DNA from: Saccharolobus shibatae B12
GTDB taxonomy: Archaea > Thermoproteota > Thermoprotei_A > Sulfolobales > Sulfolobaceae
Length of the DNA: 24,000 nucleotides
Assembly (NCBI RefSeq): GCF_019175345.1
Contig: NZ_CP077717.1
Coordinates: 2,303,644-2,327,643, forward strand
Reading direction: 5' to 3'
Shown here in pieces: positions 1 to 9,397 of the stretch. Position numbers and translations under genes: made by a program. The notes under the pieces are model-generated. The model ran no database searches. It was not told the DNA's origin and saw nothing but the letters and a program-made list of their open reading frames with translations. Position 1 is the first letter of the stretch. Every line of letters begins with the position of its first letter.

Positions 1-649
1 CTTTTAATTCAGTCGTGGGAGATCTGGCGCTACTTAAGGTGGTTAAAATATTGATAACTTGCTGAGGATCTAACCCAGCTCTTATTCCAAAATTATAAGC
101 TTCCGCTATGGCTGCCACATAGGAGCCTAAAAGTAAGTTATTTACTAGCTTTGCATAAAGTCCCATACCATTAGGACCCATATAAACCACTGACGACGCC
201 GTTTCTTTAGCTATATCATTAACGATGTCAAACTTATCCTTAGGTCCACCTACTAGTACTATCAATTTCTTTTGTTCAACAAATATTGAAGTTCCTATGA
301 CTGGGGCGTCGAACATTGTACCTCCATTACTTTCTATTCTCTTAGCTAAGCTAATACTTAACGTTGGGCTTATAGTACTCATATCGATTAAAATTTTACC
401 TTTCATTAGTGGTATTAAAGGTTCGACTATAGACTTCACTGCATTATCATCAGCTAACATTGTTATTATAACATCTGATGATTCTGCAAGTTCTTTAGGA
501 TTTAGAGCCCTATTTACCTTATACTCCTTTACAAAACTTTCAGCTTTTTCTTGAGTTCTATCGTATACCACATTAAGTTTATTGGCCTTAGCTAGATTAG
601 CTCCTATTCTATACCCCATTATACCTAAGCCTATAAGACCTACCTTCAT
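1..649 (-). CDS. NAD(P)-dependent beta-hydroxyacid dehydrogenase family protein (3-hydroxyisobutyrate / 6-phosphogluconate dehydrogenase-like); 3' end cut by the window edge
   Basis: My own minus-strand translation from ATG (649-647) reads MKVGLIGLGIMGYRIGANLAKANKLNVVYDRTQEKAESFVKEYKV...ITMLADDNAVKSIV...LIDMSTISP...GMGLYAKLVNNLLLG. It has an N-terminal GxGxxG Rossmann motif and the general HIBADH-family layout. The frame stays open to position 1. It is absent from the ORF track because it runs off the edge. Confidence 0.7.
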   Translation of the reverse strand, partial: MKVGLIGLGIMGYRIGANLAKANKLNVVYDRTQEKAESFVKEYKVNRALNPKELAESSDVIITMLADDNAVKSIVEPLIPLMKGKILIDMSTISPTLSISLAKRIESNGGTMFDAPVIGTSIFVEQKKLIVLVGGPKDKFDIVNDIAKETASSVVYMGPNGMGLYAKLVNNLLLGSYVAAIAEAYNFGIRAGLDPQQVINILTTLSSARSPTTELK

Positions 650-671
650 AAACTAGCATTATCTTTAGCAG

Positions 672-1784
672 CTAAAAAGATTTTAGATAAGTTCCAACTA
701 TATCCTTGATTCTTCCCTTAACATCAATTAAATCAATAGATAGTATTATAATTTCGTATTGAGACTGTAGTTTACTTAATTTCTCCTTAAGCTCACTAAA
801 TGATTTGACGTCAATGAAGAGGTCGTATATGTTTCCATATACTCTTACAGCTTCACTTAAACTACTTGTAGAATAAACTGTAACTCTATATCTCCTCATA
901 GATGGTTTAGCGGATGATATGGCTTGTAATTCCCTCTTTCCAATGGTCATTACTTTGGAAATATTATACCCTCCTATCTCTATCTTATCTCTTTCCTCGT
1001 TTTCTATAACAATAGGGTACTCTGCAAGGACCCTTATACTCGTGGGTTCAGAAAATGCGAAAATAATCTTTTTCTGAAGTAAGGTATCAAGTCCTTCATT
1101 TCCTTTTTTGGAGAACCAAGAGGATATCGGTAGGTTTCTATTTAAACGATTATAAACGCATAAGGTTTTTATATTTTTGGATATAATAAATATTTGCCTA
1201 TTAGAAATCCTATAAACTATTTCTATTTCGGGGTTTTCCATGTTTGGGGGATATCCTCTTTCCGCTAACATTTTACCTACTTCCCTTTTTATTTCATGTT
1301 TTACACTCTCGTAATATATGAGAGTAAATTCTCTAATGATTTCGTTTTCCTTCCTCTTAGTCTCTTCATCTAATTCAACACCAAGTACATAACTTTTAGT
1401 ACCTAATCCAGATAACAGTTTGAACGCTTTGTCAAAGAAATCTTGTTTTATTTCATCTATTTTATTTTGGCATAAATAGCAAGGATGAGTGTAAAATTCT
1501 GAAGAGAGATAAAGCTTGTACCACTTTTCCGCTATTGGTCCGAGATTCTCCATTATACTTTTTATTGAAATAAGGTCAACTATTTTATGATCTTTTATCT
1601 TTTCGTCCAAGAACATCATTAACGAAATCTTTATAGCCTTACCCCTTTCTTTATTCTCTAATCCATATCCTAGTCTTGCAAAACATCTTCCTAAACAGCT
1701 ATCACACAAGGGATATTTTGATAATATTTGTATAGCTTTCTCAATTATTTTATTATCCGATTTTCCCTCCGAAGAGTTTATCAA
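672..1784 (-). CDS. Pus10-like protein (N-terminal zinc-ribbon/THUMP-type region of tRNA pseudouridine synthase Pus10; catalytic motif not evident)
   Basis: 370-aa ORF. The N-terminus IIEKAIQILSKYPLCDSCLGRCFARLGYG plus a second Cys pair (HPCYLCQNK) matches the characteristic Pus10 N-terminal zinc module. The putative start is TTG at 1784 (no ATG is available) and overlaps the srp54 3' end by 32 nt. Confidence 0.6.
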   Translation of the reverse strand: MINSSEGKSDNKIIEKAIQILSKYPLCDSCLGRCFARLGYGLENKERGKAIKISLMMFLDEKIKDHKIVDLISIKSIMENLGPIAEKWYKLYLSSEFYTHPCYLCQNKIDEIKQDFFDKAFKLLSGLGTKSYVLGVELDEETKRKENEIIREFTLIYYESVKHEIKREVGKMLAERGYPPNMENPEIEIVYRISNRQIFIISKNIKTLCVYNRLNRNLPISSWFSKKGNEGLDTLLQKKIIFAFSEPTSIRVLAEYPIVIENEERDKIEIGGYNISKVMTIGKRELQAISSAKPSMRRYRVTVYSTSSLSEAVRVYGNIYDLFIDVKSFSELKEKLSKLQSQYEIIILSIDLIDVKGRIKDIVGTYLKSF

Positions 1785-3096
1785 TACTGCCCCTCCTTCT
1801 TTTTACCATTTTCAAAAGCTTATTCATGTTGTTATACCACTCTAAAAGTTCTCTTACCTCTTCAACCTCTAATCCTGATCCTTCAGCTATTCTTCTCATT
1901 CTCGACTTATCAATTATACTAGGATTTTCCAATTCCTTATACGTCATAGAATTTAAGGCTGCTAGCCATCTCCTAATCTTTTCCTCTCCTAATTTCAATT
2001 GGTCTTCGCTAGGGGTGGGAAGCATAACACCTAAACCCGGGATATGTTGTAGCACTTTAGAAAGGGGACCCATTTTCCTCAAAGCCATGATTTGTGCATA
2101 AACGTCTCTAAGTGTTAGCTTTCCTCTACCTTCCATAACATCTTCCATTTTCTTTTGTATTTTCTCGTATTCCTCTAATCCTTTAACTTTCTCTAGAATT
2201 GATTCTATATCTCCCATCCCTAATATTCTAGAAACATATCTCTTGGCATTGAATATTTCTAATTCGTCTATTTTTTCTCCAGTACCTATAAACTTTATCG
2301 TAGCTCCAGTAGCTGCTACTGCTGACAACGCTCCGCCTCCCTTTGCAGTGCCATCCATCTTCGTTATTATTATAGAACCGATTGGACTTGCTTGATGGAA
2401 TCTAGATGCTAAATCATAGGCTTTTTGTCCAATGGACGCGTCAATGACCAAGATTACGTCATCGGGTTTTAATGCCTCATATATCTCCTTCATTTCCTCT
2501 AGAAGCTTAGTCTCTTCACCATATCCATGCCGTCCTGCAGTATCTACTATGATTATATCCATTTTGTTCTTTACAAACGTATCAACTCCTTTTTTAGCTA
2601 TCTCCATGGCGTTTTGATTATTTGGTTCTCCATATACTGGTATTCCAATTTGATTACCTAACTGCAACAATTGATCATAAGCAGCTGGCCTATACACATC
2701 AGCCGCCACTAAACCTACTTTATAACCTCTTCTTTTGTAGAAATAAGCTAATTTCCCTGCAGTGGTTGTTTTTCCGCTTCCTTGAACACCAACCAACATT
2801 ATTATAAAGGGTAACTTAGTGGGATTAACATTAGGTTCCTTATCTCCGCCAAACAATTTGGAAAGTTCATCATAAACTATAGAAATGAACCATTCCTTCC
2901 TTTCTAAAACAGATGGAGGCTTTTCCTTATTTAGCCTTTCTTTAATCTTGGCGGTTAATGAAAAAACTAGCTTTACATTTACATCTGATGAAATAAGAGA
3001 CTTCTGAAGTTCTTTTATAAACTCATCTACAGCCTTCTCGTATGGTGTAGACCCTGTAAGGAACTTTCTTACGGCATCCCTTATATTTTCTAACAT
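1753..3096 (-). CDS. srp54: Signal recognition particle 54 kDa protein (SRP54)
   Basis: 447 aa. SRP GTPase motifs [15 protein letters not shown] (G1), DTAGR (G3) and TKMDG (G4), with a Met-rich C-terminal M domain ([20 protein letters not shown]). Confidence 0.95.
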   Translation of the reverse strand: MLENIRDAVRKFLTGSTPYEKAVDEFIKELQKSLISSDVNVKLVFSLTAKIKERLNKEKPPSVLERKEWFISIVYDELSKLFGGDKEPNVNPTKLPFIIMLVGVQGSGKTTTAGKLAYFYKRRGYKVGLVAADVYRPAAYDQLLQLGNQIGIPVYGEPNNQNAMEIAKKGVDTFVKNKMDIIIVDTAGRHGYGEETKLLEEMKEIYEALKPDDVILVIDASIGQKAYDLASRFHQASPIGSIIITKMDGTAKGGGALSAVAATGATIKFIGTGEKIDELEIFNAKRYVSRILGMGDIESILEKVKGLEEYEKIQKKMEDVMEGRGKLTLRDVYAQIMALRKMGPLSKVLQHIPGLGVMLPTPSEDQLKLGEEKIRRWLAALNSMTYKELENPSIIDKSRMRRIAEGSGLEVEEVRELLEWYNNMNKLLKMVKRRRGSIDKLFGGKIG

Positions 3097-3098
3097 TA

Positions 3099-3494
3099 TT
3101 ACTTGACCCTAACTATTTTTCTTCTTCCCATTATTTCCCAATACTCTAATTCCGCATTAGGTCTTATTTTAGAGGCTAGTTCGTCCTCTGTTGGTTTCTC
3201 GATCTCGAAGGTCTCATAAGTTTCTAAATCCATTACTTGTATTTTGTCACCCATATCTGCAATTATTTGACCAATATGCTTTTCTATGATGGGAACTTCA
3301 ACTTGCTGATCTACTGGAGCCATTAAAGTTTTTTTAGCTCCGCTAAAAACGCCAATTGCAACTACATTAGCTTTTGCGCTACCGTGCTTACCCGTTTTAG
3401 CCTTAGTTACTTCTACAACCCTACAAGGCTCTCCGTCTATTACTACATAACTACCTACCTTGAGCTCACCGACAGTCGTGTACGTTATGCTCAT
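3099..3494 (-). CDS. eif5a: Translation initiation factor 5A (aIF5A)
   Basis: 131 aa. The hypusination loop [15 protein letters not shown] is diagnostic. The gene lies 2 nt upstream of srp54, so they are probably one operon. Confidence 0.95.
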   Translation of the reverse strand: MSITYTTVGELKVGSYVVIDGEPCRVVEVTKAKTGKHGSAKANVVAIGVFSGAKKTLMAPVDQQVEVPIIEKHIGQIIADMGDKIQVMDLETYETFEIEKPTEDELASKIRPNAELEYWEIMGRRKIVRVK

Positions 3495-3555
3495 CTTTAA
3501 CCCTCTATGATATAAAAAGTGTTAAACTTTAAACTCTTACTCTTATTAAAAACGC

Positions 3556-3603
3556 TCTGAGCTTTGGCCCCTCATCACTTTTCAGGCCTAGCTAGGTCTT
3601 CAC
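3556..3603 (-). ncRNA. Weak candidate C/D-box sRNA (degenerate terminal boxes)
   Basis: The minus strand reads GTGAAGA-cctagctaggc-CTGA-aaa-GTGATGA-ggggccaaagct-CAGA. This is the canonical archaeal 7+11+4+3+7+12+4 spacing. However, the outer C box (GUGAAGA) and D box (CAGA) are imperfect while the inner boxes are perfect. It forms a GC-rich island in an AT-rich intergenic region. Confidence 0.25.
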
Positions 3604-3639
3604 AGCAATTTTATTTTATTTAAAACTAGATATTAAAGT

Positions 3640-3786
3640 ATGCCATGGAAGATAAGGTGTGCAAATTGTAATACTGAGAAAGTATTAAATATTAGCTTTG
3701 ATATAAGTTCACAAAAAACCATATATATCTATTGTAATGTATGTAAGAGGAATACTTTTAATGAGATTCTAGGTTATTATGAATAG
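3640..3786 (+). CDS. Small zinc-ribbon protein (48 aa), hypothetical
   Basis: ORF below the track threshold, translated by me: MPWKIRCANCNTEKVLNISFDISSQKTIYIYCNVCKRNTFNEILGYYE. It has two CxxC pairs 21 residues apart (C7/C10, C32/C35). An A/T-rich TATA-like tract (about 3608-3625) lies roughly 15-30 nt upstream of the ATG, consistent with a leaderless transcript. Confidence 0.5.
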   Translation: MPWKIRCANCNTEKVLNISFDISSQKTIYIYCNVCKRNTFNEILGYYE

Positions 3787-3788
3787 GA

Positions 3789-3838
3789 GTGATGAAACCC
3801 ATGAAATTGATGAAAATGAAATAACCTGTCTCGGCTGA
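3789..3838 (+). ncRNA. Candidate C/D-box sRNA (2'-O-methylation guide)
   Basis: GTGATGA (C, 3789-3795), 12 nt aacccatgaaat, TGAT (degenerate D', 3808-3811), gaa, AATGAAA (degenerate C', 3815-3821), 13 nt taacctgtctcgg, CTGA (D, 3835-3838). It fills the 52-nt gap between the small Zn-ribbon ORF and the top6A stop almost exactly. Confidence 0.45.
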
Positions 3839-5008
3839 TTAAGCTATATAATCCTTATTGGTTATCTTTTCTGGAATATATTGGAAGGCGAGAAACTTAA
3901 GACCCTTGCTTGCCATAGCCTCTATTTCCAACTTAGCCTTCCTCTGTAGAAAAGTATTTATCTCCTCTTGCCATGCTTTAGTCTTAAACCACTCATAGTT
4001 TTTAATCTCCTCAGCTCTCTTTATGTCTGCATCTTTAGCCTTAATTATATAATTCTTTCTCTCAGCTTCACTTAGATAGGGTTTCTTTCTGGAGTTACCG
4101 AAGATATCACCCATTGATACGCCTAAAAATTTAGCATCTGGAGTAGCTAGTCTCTCACTCTCATAAGATAAAGAGATTGACCCTATCCTGAAAACACTAA
4201 ATATATACCATCCGTAAGGGTCAGCATCAGTTAAGATATAAACTGGCAATTTTAACTCCTCATTAAGTCTTCTAACAAATCTTCTAGTAGCCCTATCTGG
4301 TTGACCGGCACTAGTTATTAAAATGGACTTGTACTGTTTCCAAAAACCAGCTCTATGTAATTGTTGGAACACTGCATCCTTCTCCACTACTAGCACAAAT
4401 TCTGCATCTACGTCAATGAAATCTATCAAATCTGGAGTAGGTTCAATTGCATAGGCTCCATGACCGGTTTTACTTAGATCTATTACATCATTTCCACTCC
4501 TTATTCTTAAATTACCTACAACTTTACCCTTTTCCTTACTGAGAATTAGCATTTCTTCTCTAAGAAGAGATGTAAATACTTCAATGTCAACTATAACACT
4601 ATCGGACTCCTTTTGCTCATCCCATGTGTTCTCTTCGGATACAATCTTATTGCCTTCGATCGACTTTAACAAAAGTGAGTGTTTTCCTCTGTAATAAAGG
4701 TCACGTATCGTGGGGTATTCGTCACTCACTAAAGCATCGTAAATTATTGATGCCATTAACACAGTTTGCATAAATCGCTTCGCTTCGTTCAAATCTAGGA
4801 AATTCCTCCTGAGTTTCTTTTCTCCCAATAATAGCAGCTTTCTTTTTTCGTCGTAAATCGCATTAGATAAAGTTCTCATCGGGATTTCCATCACTAGTGG
4901 CTCGCCTTTCTTGAGTTGCTCAACTAGATTAAGGAATTTATCACGCAGTATATTAGCAGCTTTCCTTCTCGCTTCCTTATCAACTTTTGATATAAATTCA
5001 GAACTCAT
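3839..5008 (-). CDS. top6A: DNA topoisomerase VI subunit A (Spo11 homologue)
   Basis: 389 aa. It has a Toprim acidic cluster (YILTDADPYGWYI), the 5Y-CAP region (TIRDLYYRGKH) and a 4-nt ATGA overlap with top6B upstream. Confidence 0.95.
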   Translation of the reverse strand: MSSEFISKVDKEARRKAANILRDKFLNLVEQLKKGEPLVMEIPMRTLSNAIYDEKRKLLLLGEKKLRRNFLDLNEAKRFMQTVLMASIIYDALVSDEYPTIRDLYYRGKHSLLLKSIEGNKIVSEENTWDEQKESDSVIVDIEVFTSLLREEMLILSKEKGKVVGNLRIRSGNDVIDLSKTGHGAYAIEPTPDLIDFIDVDAEFVLVVEKDAVFQQLHRAGFWKQYKSILITSAGQPDRATRRFVRRLNEELKLPVYILTDADPYGWYIFSVFRIGSISLSYESERLATPDAKFLGVSMGDIFGNSRKKPYLSEAERKNYIIKAKDADIKRAEEIKNYEWFKTKAWQEEINTFLQRKAKLEIEAMASKGLKFLAFQYIPEKITNKDYIA

Positions 5009-6597
5009 TCACTATCCACCCTATAGACCTTTCTATATTCTTCAATGTTAATCAAATCTAATTTCTTAGAAATAAGTTTAAATAAACCTTCTGAGATCTC
5101 ATTCTGGTACTTAGATACTAACTCTTTATTGCCAGATGCTAAAAAGGTTGCTAAAGATCTGCTAACCTCTGGTATATATTTTAAATACGCAAGTAATTTC
5201 TTCTTAGCTTCTTGTTCCTTTCTCTTCTCACTCAAATACTGTTTAAGTTTTCGTGCGACTTCCATCAATGCGTTCTTTATTTCCTTCTCTATATCCTCTA
5301 CTTCAGCTATACTTTCCTTTCCAGCACTCTTATATGGTATCTTGGTACTACATAAATGAACCATTACCACCATTTGATATTGATCCGACTCAATACCATA
5401 CCTTTTCCAATCCAGCTCTTCAACGACTTTCCATATGACATCTGATTTCTCGTCGTAAATTAACGGAATCTTATTGGCATATCTTAAAACTATAGGCTCT
5501 TCACCAACGGGTATACTACCGCCAAATGCGACACCTGCTTCAACTATGAATGGATGCCCTTGGTAAGCTTTAGGTTTCCTAGTTATAGAGGCTGCAAAGT
5601 CTGGATTAAAAATCTTTTTTAAACCTAATTCAATTAAATCTTCCCCTATTACAGAAAGTGAATCCGCTGATGGGGATCTAAAATCCTCATACTTTTTAAA
5701 AGTCTCAACTAACCTAGTTATTTCCTCTTCTGTTAGGTTCTTAACTTTCTTATTGGGCTTTAATCCAGCTAATTCTAGGATCTTATCTGCAGTAGTATCC
5801 CCTATACTTTGAAATTCATTTACCAAAAATTCTTTTATGGTATAGTCTCTCTTTAGATTATTTATTAGTATCTTTATTTCTTCCCTATCTACTCCATAGG
5901 GATGAGGCTTAACTTCTTGTGGCGGCTTAGGAATCTTATTTGTTAATCTCGGATAATACGTTACATTTCCTTCAGGATCTTTGAAGATAAATTCTGCGTA
6001 AGGGGTAATAATGTAAGTCCTCTTAATATACTCGTAAATTCTTGATTTAGCTTTAGGCCAATCTCCCGGTATAGAAATTGCCACGGACGTTCCATGAAAA
6101 CCCCTAGTGTTTTCCACAGATCCCCTTTCTACAATTATTGGCTCGTTCTTATTTATATCAATTTTTAACTTAAAAGTGTATATTCTTTTAGAATTTACTG
6201 GGGAAGTCTCTATTTCTATGGGCTTATCTTGATGCATTTGGCTATAGAGAACAGCTGCCTTTACACCTAGACCATACATACCCCTAGTTTGCCTATTTAC
6301 ATATTTCGAACTGTATAATACTCTACCAAAGGCATTGGGAACCTCCTGGGGAGGAATACCTATTCCATTGTCAACCACATTAACTTTATATATTTGCCTA
6401 GCGTCGTCAATTAAGTCAATCGTAATCTTAATATTAGGCAATATCCCGTGCACATCGGTAGCGTCCAGCGAGTTCTCTATTAACTCTCTAACTGTTTGGT
6501 AAAGAGCCCTCGCTGGATTAGGGAATCCGGCCAGCTCCGGATTCCTTTTAAAGAATTCTGCAGGGGATAAGCTTGTAAACTTTTCTTTAGCAGACAT
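5005..6597 (-). CDS. top6B: DNA topoisomerase VI subunit B (GHKL ATPase)
   Basis: 530 aa. Bergerat-fold motifs ELIENSLDA (N box), DNGIGI (G1) and GMYGLGVK (G2). Size and sequence resemble the Sulfolobus topo VI-B. Confidence 0.95.
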   Translation of the reverse strand: MSAKEKFTSLSPAEFFKRNPELAGFPNPARALYQTVRELIENSLDATDVHGILPNIKITIDLIDDARQIYKVNVVDNGIGIPPQEVPNAFGRVLYSSKYVNRQTRGMYGLGVKAAVLYSQMHQDKPIEIETSPVNSKRIYTFKLKIDINKNEPIIVERGSVENTRGFHGTSVAISIPGDWPKAKSRIYEYIKRTYIITPYAEFIFKDPEGNVTYYPRLTNKIPKPPQEVKPHPYGVDREEIKILINNLKRDYTIKEFLVNEFQSIGDTTADKILELAGLKPNKKVKNLTEEEITRLVETFKKYEDFRSPSADSLSVIGEDLIELGLKKIFNPDFAASITRKPKAYQGHPFIVEAGVAFGGSIPVGEEPIVLRYANKIPLIYDEKSDVIWKVVEELDWKRYGIESDQYQMVVMVHLCSTKIPYKSAGKESIAEVEDIEKEIKNALMEVARKLKQYLSEKRKEQEAKKKLLAYLKYIPEVSRSLATFLASGNKELVSKYQNEISEGLFKLISKKLDLINIEEYRKVYRVDSE

Positions 6598-6625
6598 GAA
6601 TGTTACACCCTATATATTAGAATAT

Positions 6626-9009
<2,384 letters not shown>

Positions 9010-9083
9010 TTTTCAATCAAATACAGATATTACTTTGCCTAAATAAAACTACACCTATTAATGGAGTATTTATTTCAATAACC

Positions 9084-9323
9084 TTAAATTTTCTTTTCAG
9101 CTTTTTTGCTCACTTGCTCTAATATCTCATCATATTTCTTTCTCACTTTCTTTAATGAAGAATTAATGCAATCCGTATCAGCCTCCATAACCATCTCTTT
9201 AAGGAACTTGTAGGCACAACTTTTGCTGTGAAAGTATAGTTTATCACCACTAATTTCAATTATTATTCCTTGACCTTCCGGAAAAGATCTTCCACATACA
9301 TTACAAGTGTATTTATGAGACAT
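9084..9323 (-). CDS. Small CCHC zinc-ribbon protein, L24e/TRASH-like fold, with a charged helical tail
   Basis: 79 aa. YTCNVCGRSFPEGQGIIIEISGDKLYFHSKSCAYKF follows the L24e/TRASH pattern C-x2-C-x21-(C/H)-x3-C, with His in third position. It is followed by a Lys/Glu-rich C-terminus. It lies 74 nt upstream of rtcB on the same strand. Confidence 0.6.
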   Translation of the reverse strand: MSHKYTCNVCGRSFPEGQGIIIEISGDKLYFHSKSCAYKFLKEMVMEADTDCINSSLKKVRKKYDEILEQVSKKAEKKI

Positions 9324-9397
9324 AGATTGAACGTTGATTTTATATTTTTAAAAATAACGGTAAATGGTGCTATTCAGTAAATTTGGCGTGATAATTA

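Noticed and set aside
3511-3518. TATAAAAA (minus-strand TTTTTATA) as the aIF5A TATA box
   Set aside because: It lies only about 17-24 nt from the ATG. That would place the transcription start inside the coding region under the usual -26/-27 spacing. It may still be the promoter if the spacing is atypical, but I did not list it as a feature.
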